Below, piece by piece: positions 7,237 through 14,624 of a stretch of 18,177 nt of DNA; the stretch's first letter is position 1, and every line of letters starts with the position of its first letter. The stretch lies in the NCBI GenBank assembly GCA_044358425.1, contig CP054849.1, forward strand, positions 806,673 to 824,849, given 5' to 3'. The translations under genes and the position numbers were made by a program. The notes below the pieces were generated by a model. That model ran no database searches. It was not told the DNA's origin and was given only the letters and a program-made list of their open reading frames with translations. The stretch comes from Marine Group I thaumarchaeote. GTDB taxonomy: Archaea > Thermoproteota > Nitrososphaeria > Nitrososphaerales > Nitrosopumilaceae.

Positions 7237-7788
7237 ATGACAGAACATTATGTGAGTTTCATGGATGATATTTGGGCAAAATTTCCAACTTTTGCTGAAA
7301 AAGAAATCACAGATATTACAAATCACAATTTATTATGGTCATTAGAAGAATATCAAAAAGCAAATTATGTTAATTTCAAAACAGGTAAAGAAGAACTTTA
7401 CCGATTGAGTATATTATTGGAAAATTATGCAGTAAAACATGATGCACCTTTACTAGCAACATTTGAAACAGAAAAAAGGTACAAGTACGTGGAAGACAGA
7501 TACCTAGAGATTCTATCAAAAATTTCAAAAGCATGGATTATTGGAAATTTCATTAATCCAGAATTAGCTCCACATCCACCACAGACTGCAGAGGTAGTTA
7601 GTTGTGATGGTACAAATATTTCTCCAATGTGGATTGTTGCCACAAGAAGTGAAAAAGGTCCATTTGGTTTGGTGGCAGAGGATCTTGGAAATAGAGAATA
7701 CAGAGGATTCTTCACATCAAATACAAACATCATGCAAGCAGTAATTGATGATATTAACGAACAATTAAAAATTAAAATTTCAATATAA
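7237..7788 (+). CDS. Standalone DICT sensory domain protein, paralogue 2
   Basis: Colinear with 5247-5807 (W..FP..AE, PLLATFE, RY, WII..F, GPFGL.AE, RGFFT.N). Confidence 0.8.
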   Translation: MTEHYVSFMDDIWAKFPTFAEKEITDITNHNLLWSLEEYQKANYVNFKTGKEELYRLSILLENYAVKHDAPLLATFETEKRYKYVEDRYLEILSKISKAWIIGNFINPELAPHPPQTAEVVSCDGTNISPMWIVATRSEKGPFGLVAEDLGNREYRGFFTSNTNIMQAVIDDINEQLKIKISI

Positions 7789-7899
7789 AATAAAGTAGAA
7801 AATACCTAAAATTTTAAAATTAATTGAAGAATTATCCAAAAAATTGAATTAATAGTTGTTTTATACTACAATTATTGAAAATTAATTTAGAGAATTAAA

Positions 7900-9252
7900 A
7901 TGGAAAAACTAACTGTATTAGAAACAATTGATAAAATTGAAAAATTAATTGATGAAAATTCAGGAGATATAGGAAGGCTAGAACATATAGTGGATTTTTT
8001 AAAAAAGGAAAAACCCCTTTACAATACAGATAGAATTTATTTAGAAAGTAAAATAAACGCAGAAATAATTTTTGAAGAAAAAATAATCAAAAAAGAAAGT
8101 GAATCCGAGCAAATCAAAAAATTAACGAAATCAGGAAAAGGAGACCCTGGAAGGCTAGAACATATACAAATTATGTTGAAAAAAAACAAAAATCTCTATG
8201 AATCAGATAAACAATACTTAGAAAGTAATTTTGGAATAAAAATTGTACAAAAACAAAAAGAAGAAATTAAAATTGAGCAGATAGAACAGATTGAAAATAG
8301 AGGCAAAGGAGCCATGCCCAAAGGATGGAAACCAGTAGATTCGGAAGAAAAATTAGATAAAATTACAGATAAAATTAAGGAAGAAAAAGAAGAAATAATT
8401 GAGCAAAAAAAAGATTTGAAAATAGACGAACAAAAAAATAAATTAAATAAATTAATTGAAGAACGAAAAAATAATGAAGAAAAATTAAAAGAAGAGAGAC
8501 AAATTTTAGAAGCAAAAATTAATGATGAAAGAATCCTAATTCAAAAACAAACAAAATTAACAGAAACTGTAAATTTACAAAAAAAGGAATTAATCAAAGT
8601 AAAAGATGAAAGAGTAAAAATTTTGCAAAAAATTGATTCAGAAAAAGATGCCATATCAAAAGAACTAGAAATACAAAGAAATCAATTAATTCAAGCACAA
8701 GAAGAACAAGTCAAAATAGAATCAGAAGTAAATGCAGAAAAAATAAAATTAGCAAAAATGGCTGAGGAGCAAAAAATTAGGTTGGTGGAACAAACAAAAA
8801 GAGTTGAAGAAATTAAAGATAAGAAAACAGAATTAGAAAAAACAAAGAAAGAATATGATGAGATAATTTCACAAGTTAATGCAGAAAAAGAGGAAATTAA
8901 ACAAGCAGAAAAACTGAAAAAAGAAATCAAAGCAATGGAAAAAGATCTCAATAAATCAGTTAAAGAAAGACTGAAAGTTTCAAAAATTATCCTTAAAGAA
9001 AAGGAAAATATCAAAAATAAAACAAAAAAAGAAAAAATTGAGGCTAAAAATCAAGAAAAAGTTAAGAAACAAATCATCAAAGAAGAGAAAAAATTTGAAA
9101 TTTTAGAGAGAAAGCGTAAAAAAATTGATGAGAAAATAAAGGCTAAAAATCAAAAATTAAAAGAAAAACAGGCTAAAATCAAAAAAGAGATCAATAGAAA
9201 GGAAAAAGATTTGAAAAAAATAAACAAAAAAAGGTCATCGAAAAAAAAGTAA
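7900..9252 (+). CDS. Long Lys/Glu-rich coiled-coil protein with a duplicated N-terminal GDxGRLEHI module
   Basis: GDIGRLEHI..FLKKEKPLYNTDRIYLES and GDPGRLEHI..MLKKNKNLYESDKQYLES, then ~300 aa of K/E/Q/I heptad-like sequence. Confidence 0.8.
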   Translation: MEKLTVLETIDKIEKLIDENSGDIGRLEHIVDFLKKEKPLYNTDRIYLESKINAEIIFEEKIIKKESESEQIKKLTKSGKGDPGRLEHIQIMLKKNKNLYESDKQYLESNFGIKIVQKQKEEIKIEQIEQIENRGKGAMPKGWKPVDSEEKLDKITDKIKEEKEEIIEQKKDLKIDEQKNKLNKLIEERKNNEEKLKEERQILEAKINDERILIQKQTKLTETVNLQKKELIKVKDERVKILQKIDSEKDAISKELEIQRNQLIQAQEEQVKIESEVNAEKIKLAKMAEEQKIRLVEQTKRVEEIKDKKTELEKTKKEYDEIISQVNAEKEEIKQAEKLKKEIKAMEKDLNKSVKERLKVSKIILKEKENIKNKTKKEKIEAKNQEKVKKQIIKEEKKFEILERKRKKIDEKIKAKNQKLKEKQAKIKKEINRKEKDLKKINKKRSSKKK

Positions 9253-9277
9253 ATCAACTAGAAAAATAGATCAAAAA

Positions 9278-10141
9278 TCAGTTAGTTGTAATAATTTGCA
9301 ATTTCTTAGATTGAATAAGTTTTAGAATTTTTGGAATTGAGAGATTTTTACCTACTGCTAGATCCCAATTTTCAGAATCGTTTTGTATTGCATTTCCACC
9401 AACAATAATTGGGATACCATATTTTTCATTAATTTTCTCAACCATTCGTTTAGCTGATAAAATATTCTCATCTAAAGTTACAGAAATGAAAACACAATCA
9501 GGACCATCATGTTCAATGGATTCCATAATTAATGATGTTGGTGTGAATGGAGGAAGATTGTAAACTGTGTTTCCAGTCATAGAAAGTTTAGTTTGGAGAA
9601 TTTTTGTTCCCAATGTATGTTGTTCACCATTAGGTACACAAATTAAGATTTTTTTCTTAGAAGGGTTTACAGAATTGTTTTCAATAATCTTAGTCAGTAG
9701 ATCCTCAATAGTGTTATAACAAGTTGTTTGAGTTCCCAAATCAATTTTTTGGGAATTTCCCAAATTCCCAATTTCACCAATTAAAGGAATTAAAACTTCA
9801 TCAAGGAAAGAGCCGAATCCATATATTTTTTCGTAAGAACTAACCATAGAATGAGCATTTACAAAATCACCAGTTTTAAATGATGATAGCATATCTGACT
9901 GTAATTTTTGAATAAATTCATTCTGTACTTTAGGCTGAAAGTATTTTTGATTTAAGAAATAATCACAAATTTTTTTAGAATCCCTATACTCCTCAGGAAC
10001 ATCATCTATAGTCACATCAGATTCTATTCCCAAATATTTGATAATGGATTGTTTTGAGGTCTTTTTTTTAGTATCCCAGGAACTTTTTACTAGATATAGA
10101 TATTTTTGGCCACGAATGGATTTTACTCTCAAATATGCCAT
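9278..10141 (-). CDS. Cobalamin-binding domain protein (helical cap + Rossmann B12-binding domain) with basic N-terminal putative DNA-binding domain
   Basis: ICVPNGEQHTLG (ExHxxG), G..VYNL...TP, PDCVFISVT and IIVGG motifs. Cap region FLDEVLIPLIGEIG. N-terminus YLRVKSIRGQKYLYLVKSSWD...KQSIIKYLG. Confidence 0.85.
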   Translation of the reverse strand: MAYLRVKSIRGQKYLYLVKSSWDTKKKTSKQSIIKYLGIESDVTIDDVPEEYRDSKKICDYFLNQKYFQPKVQNEFIQKLQSDMLSSFKTGDFVNAHSMVSSYEKIYGFGSFLDEVLIPLIGEIGNLGNSQKIDLGTQTTCYNTIEDLLTKIIENNSVNPSKKKILICVPNGEQHTLGTKILQTKLSMTGNTVYNLPPFTPTSLIMESIEHDGPDCVFISVTLDENILSAKRMVEKINEKYGIPIIVGGNAIQNDSENWDLAVGKNLSIPKILKLIQSKKLQIITTN

Positions 10142-10310
10142 GATTAAGATAAGGCATCAGTATTTAATCCAATTACGCACCTTGATGAGTCCTGGGATAC
10201 ATTGTAATATACAAAAAAATCGAACCATAATGAAAATAATCAGAGTAGGGCACCACGGATTTCTAATAAGAATCTCTTAATACTAGAAATTATGGAAAAT
10301 AAGTATTATA

Positions 10311-10871
10311 ATGAGTTATCAAGAAATCGGTCATGAACATTTAGAGAAATTAGATGATGCTCACATTCTATTATTTCACGAAGAACAGAAAAAAGCTGAA
10401 GAAATAGAATTTAAGTTTATAAAAACAGGTTTAGAAAAAAACCAAACTTGCTTTTACACAACAAATAATCCTGAAATATTAAAAGATAAAATGACAGAAT
10501 TTGGTATTAATGTCAAGAATAATGTTGAGAACAAATTACTAAACATTGTCCAGATTCCAAAAGAATTTGAAGAGTATGAAGAGATGATCATGGATAAAGT
10601 AAAAGCACTTCCACAAGATGTAAAAATTCGAGTTGTTTCAACACATTATTTTGATTTTAATACAGAGAGAAAAACAGAATCAATGGAAGAAATTGAACAA
10701 TGTGTAGATGACAGATTCCATAAAATTCCAGGAAATTTCATCTGTTCATTTCACGTACCAAGCGTAGACAAAGAAATAGCACCAGAGTTTATGAGAAATT
10801 TACTTGACTCACATCACGAAATACTATTTTTAACAAAAGAAGATAAGATTGAAAAATTCACATTTGCCTAA
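10311..10871 (+). CDS. Standalone MEDS (DcmR-like sensory) domain protein
   Basis: HILLFHE...FKFIKTGLEKNQTCFY, IRVV, E.EQ, FICSF and LLDSH pattern typical of MEDS. Confidence 0.75.
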   Translation: MSYQEIGHEHLEKLDDAHILLFHEEQKKAEEIEFKFIKTGLEKNQTCFYTTNNPEILKDKMTEFGINVKNNVENKLLNIVQIPKEFEEYEEMIMDKVKALPQDVKIRVVSTHYFDFNTERKTESMEEIEQCVDDRFHKIPGNFICSFHVPSVDKEIAPEFMRNLLDSHHEILFLTKEDKIEKFTFA

Positions 10872-11143
10872 GATAATCTTTGAGTAATTTCATCAATTAA
10901 ATCATTTACAGCAGAATAATCCTCATGAAACTTTATTCCTAATTCAGTGGTATCTATTTCATTTTCTAATTTGATTAGTCCTTTTTCACTCATCTCATCA
11001 AGATATTTCAAAAGTTTATCGTAAGAAGTATTTGATTTGTGTTGAAGTCGGGTCTTTGAAATTTCATTATTATCTTGTTTTTCAATCAAAATTGCAGATA
11101 TAACATCAAAATAGATTTGTAATTTACTTCTCTTATTTTTCAA
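10868..11143 (-). CDS. Archaeal winged-helix transcriptional regulator (ArnR1-like/HTH_45 type)
   Basis: KRSKLQIYFDVI...KTRLQHKSNTSYDKLLKYLDEM.EKGLI...TELG pattern. TTG start; converges on and overlaps the MEDS gene by 4 nt. Confidence 0.85.
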   Translation of the reverse strand: MKNKRSKLQIYFDVISAILIEKQDNNEISKTRLQHKSNTSYDKLLKYLDEMSEKGLIKLENEIDTTELGIKFHEDYSAVNDLIDEITQRLS

Positions 11144-11179
11144 AGATATTCAAAATTTATTATAAAATAGCCTTAAAAA

Positions 11180-11335
11180 ATGTTGAAGACACCATCAAAG
11201 AGAGATATCAAACTATTTTTAAAAGAGAAGCATCCAAACTACAGGTTTGCACGCCTGAGAAAAATTTGTACGGAACAGCAGTTACGTTACAAACAATCTC
11301 CAGTGGCAACATTTGTTGCCACTGACATGTATTAA
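11180..11335 (+). CDS. Candidate 51-aa basic protein (MLKTPSKRDIKLFLKEKHPNYRFARLRKICTEQQLRYKQSPVATFVATDMY)
   Basis: Open frame spanning the gap between the wHTH gene and the 11343 ORF, with TTTATTATAAAA upstream. It overlaps hairpin-forming sequence, so it may instead be non-coding. Confidence 0.35.
   Translation: MLKTPSKRDIKLFLKEKHPNYRFARLRKICTEQQLRYKQSPVATFVATDMY
11301..11324. repeat. Perfect 11-bp inverted repeat CAGTGGCAACA-TT-TGTTGCCACTG
   Basis: Read directly; the arms are exact reverse complements. Confidence 0.9.
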
Positions 11336-11342
11336 TTAAAAA

Positions 11343-11537
11343 TCAGTCAGATTTCGGATTGGTTTTGACCTTTTTTTGGATCTCAATTATACATTGATGG
11401 CAAATTATAGATTTTTCAGACATACTAGAAATAACATCATTACTTTGAAAATCAGAATCATATGTAATACCTATAACTAATTTATTTGTCCAAACTTCAA
11501 AATCTTGCTTCTCTTTCCCACAAACAAAACAATTCAT
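11343..11537 (-). CDS. Small zinc-finger-like protein (64 aa)
   Basis: N-terminal CFVCG and C-terminal ICHQC. Confidence 0.75.
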   Translation of the reverse strand: MNCFVCGKEKQDFEVWTNKLVIGITYDSDFQSNDVISSMSEKSIICHQCIIEIQKKVKTNPKSD

Positions 11538-11591
11538 GAATTTGATTAATTCATTTACAACTTAAGGTTGACGATAGTAAATATTTTCAAA

Positions 11592-11720
11592 TTAACACAT
11601 AACATCTTTACAATGAGGCATTAAAAAATTTATAATTACATAACCACCAAAAATAGTGATTCCTAAAGTCAGAGACAATCCAAATAACAAAGTTTTCTTA
11701 TCATCTAATTTCATAACCAT
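11592..11720 (-). CDS. Small single-pass membrane protein, 42 aa (MVMKLDDKKTLLFGLSLTLGITIFGGYVIINFLMPHCKDVMC)
   Basis: Manual translation: charged N-terminus, one hydrophobic segment, MPHCxxxMC tail. Alternative start at 11714. Confidence 0.6.
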   Translation of the reverse strand: MVMKLDDKKTLLFGLSLTLGITIFGGYVIINFLMPHCKDVMC

Positions 11721-11809
11721 AAACAATATTCCAAAATTAAAGTATATGACAAATATGAGGAAAAAATTCTAGTGGTAAAGAATCAAAACTAGAAATTTCA
11801 ATAAATTCA

Positions 11810-11992
11810 TTAAATTTCTTTGTTTAAACAAGAAACAAGTTCATCACTATAATGACCGAATTGCTCCATACATGAAATTATTAAATTTTCTAATTCACGT
11901 TCTTCAGAATATTCTACAGAATATTGAAATGCCACAGTTCCAATCAAAATACTTAACAGAGCAATTAAAGGGATTATCAGAATAAATCTCAT
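11810..11992 (-). CDS. Small membrane-anchored or secreted protein (60 aa)
   Basis: N-terminal hydrophobic helix and a Cys pair; starts 5 nt downstream of argS. Confidence 0.65.
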   Translation of the reverse strand: MRFILIIPLIALLSILIGTVAFQYSVEYSEERELENLIISCMEQFGHYSDELVSCLNKEI

Positions 11993-11997
11993 AAGGA

Positions 11998-13884
11998 TTA
12001 CATTTTAGATGGAGCAGAGATTCCAAGTAAATCCAACGCTTTTTCTAAAGTTAAGTTAAAAGAATTAACCAGACATATTCTAGTTGATTTTAAATCATCA
12101 CTAGTTGAATCCAAAACTTTCACATGTTCATAAAATGAATTGAATGTTACAGCAAGATCATGACAGTATCTAGCAATTACTTTAGGTGCAAAATTGTTTA
12201 CAGCATCTCTAACCTGTAAATTGAAAAGACCAATTATTTTTACTAAATCAATTTCGGATTTTTCTTTAAGCAATGAAAAATCAACATCAGTGTTAGGTTT
12301 AATTCCAGATTTTTCTAAAATTCTTGATGCCCTAGCATATGAATATTGAATATATGGGACAGTGTCACCTTCCAAACTAAGAGATTTTGTTAGATCAAAT
12401 GTAATTATTTTATCCAGATCCTGTTTAATCATTTCATAGCGCAAAGTTCCAATTGAAACAGATTGAGCGATTTGATCAATTTCAGATTCAGTCATTTCAG
12501 GATGTCGTTTTTTTGTTTCGTCAGTTATTTTTTGTTTTAAAAGTTCACAAACAGAATCAGCACTCACATACAATCCTTTTCTTCCAGACATTTGAGCTTG
12601 TTTACCATCAGTTTCTAAACCAAGAGTTTTTGCGGTATTTGCACTTAATGTAACAGATTCATATCCAAGATGAACATAACTATTAGGAATTGAATTGAAT
12701 TTTTCCATTAACGTAGTGATGATTTTTTGTAATCGTTCTTGACGTGAATCAATAACAGTCACTACTTTTTGGGCAGTAAAGTTTTGAGAGGGATAATCTG
12801 AATCATCTAGTGTAGTTTCCCAGAGAGTTTTAGATTCAGGTTGAGATGAGGCATATTTTTTATAGTTAAATGGATCCTCTAACAATCCCAATTTCCAAGC
12901 AGCGTATGGAATATCCTTGGCAATGTAGGTGGCAGTGCCATTACTTCTAACAATTACCTTATCTTCCTCTTTGCCATCACCACGAATTACCCAACATTGA
13001 GCATTTTTACCAGTATTTTCAAATTCTATCAGTCTCATATCCTTGAGTTTTTCAAATATTTTGAGCCATAACCCTGAACGAATTATTTGAGATTCAAAAT
13101 TTAGACAGTCATAAGAGACATTGAGATTCCAACATGTTTCTAATTGTCCAGATAAAACTTTTCGCGTAATTATATCACCAAATTTTGCAATTTCAGAAGT
13201 TCCATCTTCAAGTTCTTTTAAAGTAGTTTTCCTAATCTCCTCAAGAGAAGGATCAAGATCATATTTCTGAGTAGTTTTAACATAAACATCATCTCCACAA
13301 TAATGATCAAATTTTTTTCCATTAGGGGACTCTTCGCTAAATCCAAAATGCTTGAACCCTACAATTATGTCAGCAACTTGTAAGCCAGAATCATCAATAT
13401 AATTAAGAACATTAACTTTGTAATTTGCTTTATTTAATATTCTAGAAATAGTGTCACCAACAACAATGTTACGAATATGTCCAATGTGCAATGCTTTATT
13501 GGGATTCACACTAGTGTGTTCTACCACAATATCAGAATTTTTTCCAATATCAATATCACCATATGTATCAGAATAGGATTCAGATAAAATTAATTTGCTT
13601 AATTTTGTCCAATCAGCAAAAAAGTTTAGATATCCAGATGGATGTCCCTCAGATTTTAAAACAAACACATTAGAGCATTGAGAATATTTTTCAGAAAGAA
13701 TTTTAGTTATTTCTTTAGGACTTTTTTTCAATTCTTTAGCAAGTAAAAATGCAATGTTAGAACTTACATCACCAAATCCCGGCTTTGCGACTTCTACAGA
13801 AAAAGAGATGTCAGAAACAGAGAGCTCTTGAATAATTTTTTTAAGATTATTTTCAATTTCATCAAGAATAATTTGAAATGTCAT
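11998..13884 (-). CDS. argS: Arginine--tRNA ligase
   Basis: EHTSVNPNKALHIGHIRN (HIGH), RSNGTATYIAKD, MSGRKG and GDTVPYIQYSYARASRIL motifs. Confidence 0.97.
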   Translation of the reverse strand: MTFQIILDEIENNLKKIIQELSVSDISFSVEVAKPGFGDVSSNIAFLLAKELKKSPKEITKILSEKYSQCSNVFVLKSEGHPSGYLNFFADWTKLSKLILSESYSDTYGDIDIGKNSDIVVEHTSVNPNKALHIGHIRNIVVGDTISRILNKANYKVNVLNYIDDSGLQVADIIVGFKHFGFSEESPNGKKFDHYCGDDVYVKTTQKYDLDPSLEEIRKTTLKELEDGTSEIAKFGDIITRKVLSGQLETCWNLNVSYDCLNFESQIIRSGLWLKIFEKLKDMRLIEFENTGKNAQCWVIRGDGKEEDKVIVRSNGTATYIAKDIPYAAWKLGLLEDPFNYKKYASSQPESKTLWETTLDDSDYPSQNFTAQKVVTVIDSRQERLQKIITTLMEKFNSIPNSYVHLGYESVTLSANTAKTLGLETDGKQAQMSGRKGLYVSADSVCELLKQKITDETKKRHPEMTESEIDQIAQSVSIGTLRYEMIKQDLDKIITFDLTKSLSLEGDTVPYIQYSYARASRILEKSGIKPNTDVDFSLLKEKSEIDLVKIIGLFNLQVRDAVNNFAPKVIARYCHDLAVTFNSFYEHVKVLDSTSDDLKSTRICLVNSFNLTLEKALDLLGISAPSKM

Positions 13885-13885
13885 A

Positions 13886-14581
13886 CTATATCTCAGATAA
13901 TTTAGGTGCTAATTTATCTAATGCTTCCAAAACACCATCACCGCTACTTGCAGATACAGTCATGGTAGCCTCAGATCGTACTAAATTAGAGGCATTACCT
14001 AATGCAATACTTGTTTTTGCTACTTTGAATAATGGAATATCGGTTGCACTATCTCCAATTGCGATTACATCATCTTTTATGATATTGAATTTCTTCATTA
14101 ATTCAGTAAAACCAGTTCCTTTGTCTATGCCTTTAGAATTAATATGAATTGCATATTGACTGTCAGAAAGATTAACATCAAGATTATGTTCAGAAAGAAT
14201 TTTTCTAGCATCATCTAAATCAAATGTTCTTTCCAAAACAACTTCAGTTAATCTAGGAAATACAGGTTTTTTTTCTACGCCATCAATAGAATTTTTTATT
14301 AGTTCAAATGCTTTATTACATTCTTCTATATCACCCAACAAAACATGATTATCAGCATCCATTGCAATGCAACCACCATTTTCACCAACGGCAATTTTTT
14401 TAGTTCCGCCAAATACAGATAGCAAATATGCTTCAACAGATGAACGTCCAGTAACATAAATCACATCATGTCCCATGTTAGTTAATCTTCGAAGAGATTC
14501 CAGTGCATCAAGATGAATTCGACCACCACCATTTTCAGTGATTGTTCCATCAATATCAACTGCAAACGTTTTCTTTTTCAT
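13886..14581 (-). CDS. HAD-superfamily IIB phosphatase, archaeal phosphoglycolate phosphatase-like
   Basis: DIDGTIT (motif I), VTGR, ENGG, DKGTG and IGDSATD motifs. Start placed at ATG 14581. Confidence 0.88.
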   Translation of the reverse strand: MKKKTFAVDIDGTITENGGGRIHLDALESLRRLTNMGHDVIYVTGRSSVEAYLLSVFGGTKKIAVGENGGCIAMDADNHVLLGDIEECNKAFELIKNSIDGVEKKPVFPRLTEVVLERTFDLDDARKILSEHNLDVNLSDSQYAIHINSKGIDKGTGFTELMKKFNIIKDDVIAIGDSATDIPLFKVAKTSIALGNASNLVRSEATMTVSASSGDGVLEALDKLAPKLSEI

Positions 14582-14624
14582 AAAAATCACTTTTTTGCAC
14601 TAAATAATAATGGAACGTATGTAA

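Noticed and set aside
5516-7733. Similar antisense ORFs 5516-5776 and 7425-7733 inside the two DICT genes
   Set aside because: Their similarity follows from the paralogy of the sense genes; there is no independent evidence of coding.
9960-10141. IS1634-like transposase N-terminus as evidence of an insertion sequence
   Set aside because: No DDE domain, terminal inverted repeats or target duplication; it is fused in frame to a B12-binding domain.
11240-11330. Cobalamin riboswitch (GCCACTG and CAGG...ACCTG on the minus strand)
   Set aside because: The conserved GGGAA/GGGAAG elements and four-way junction are not visible, and GCCACTG is explained by the palindrome. An Infernal search would settle it.
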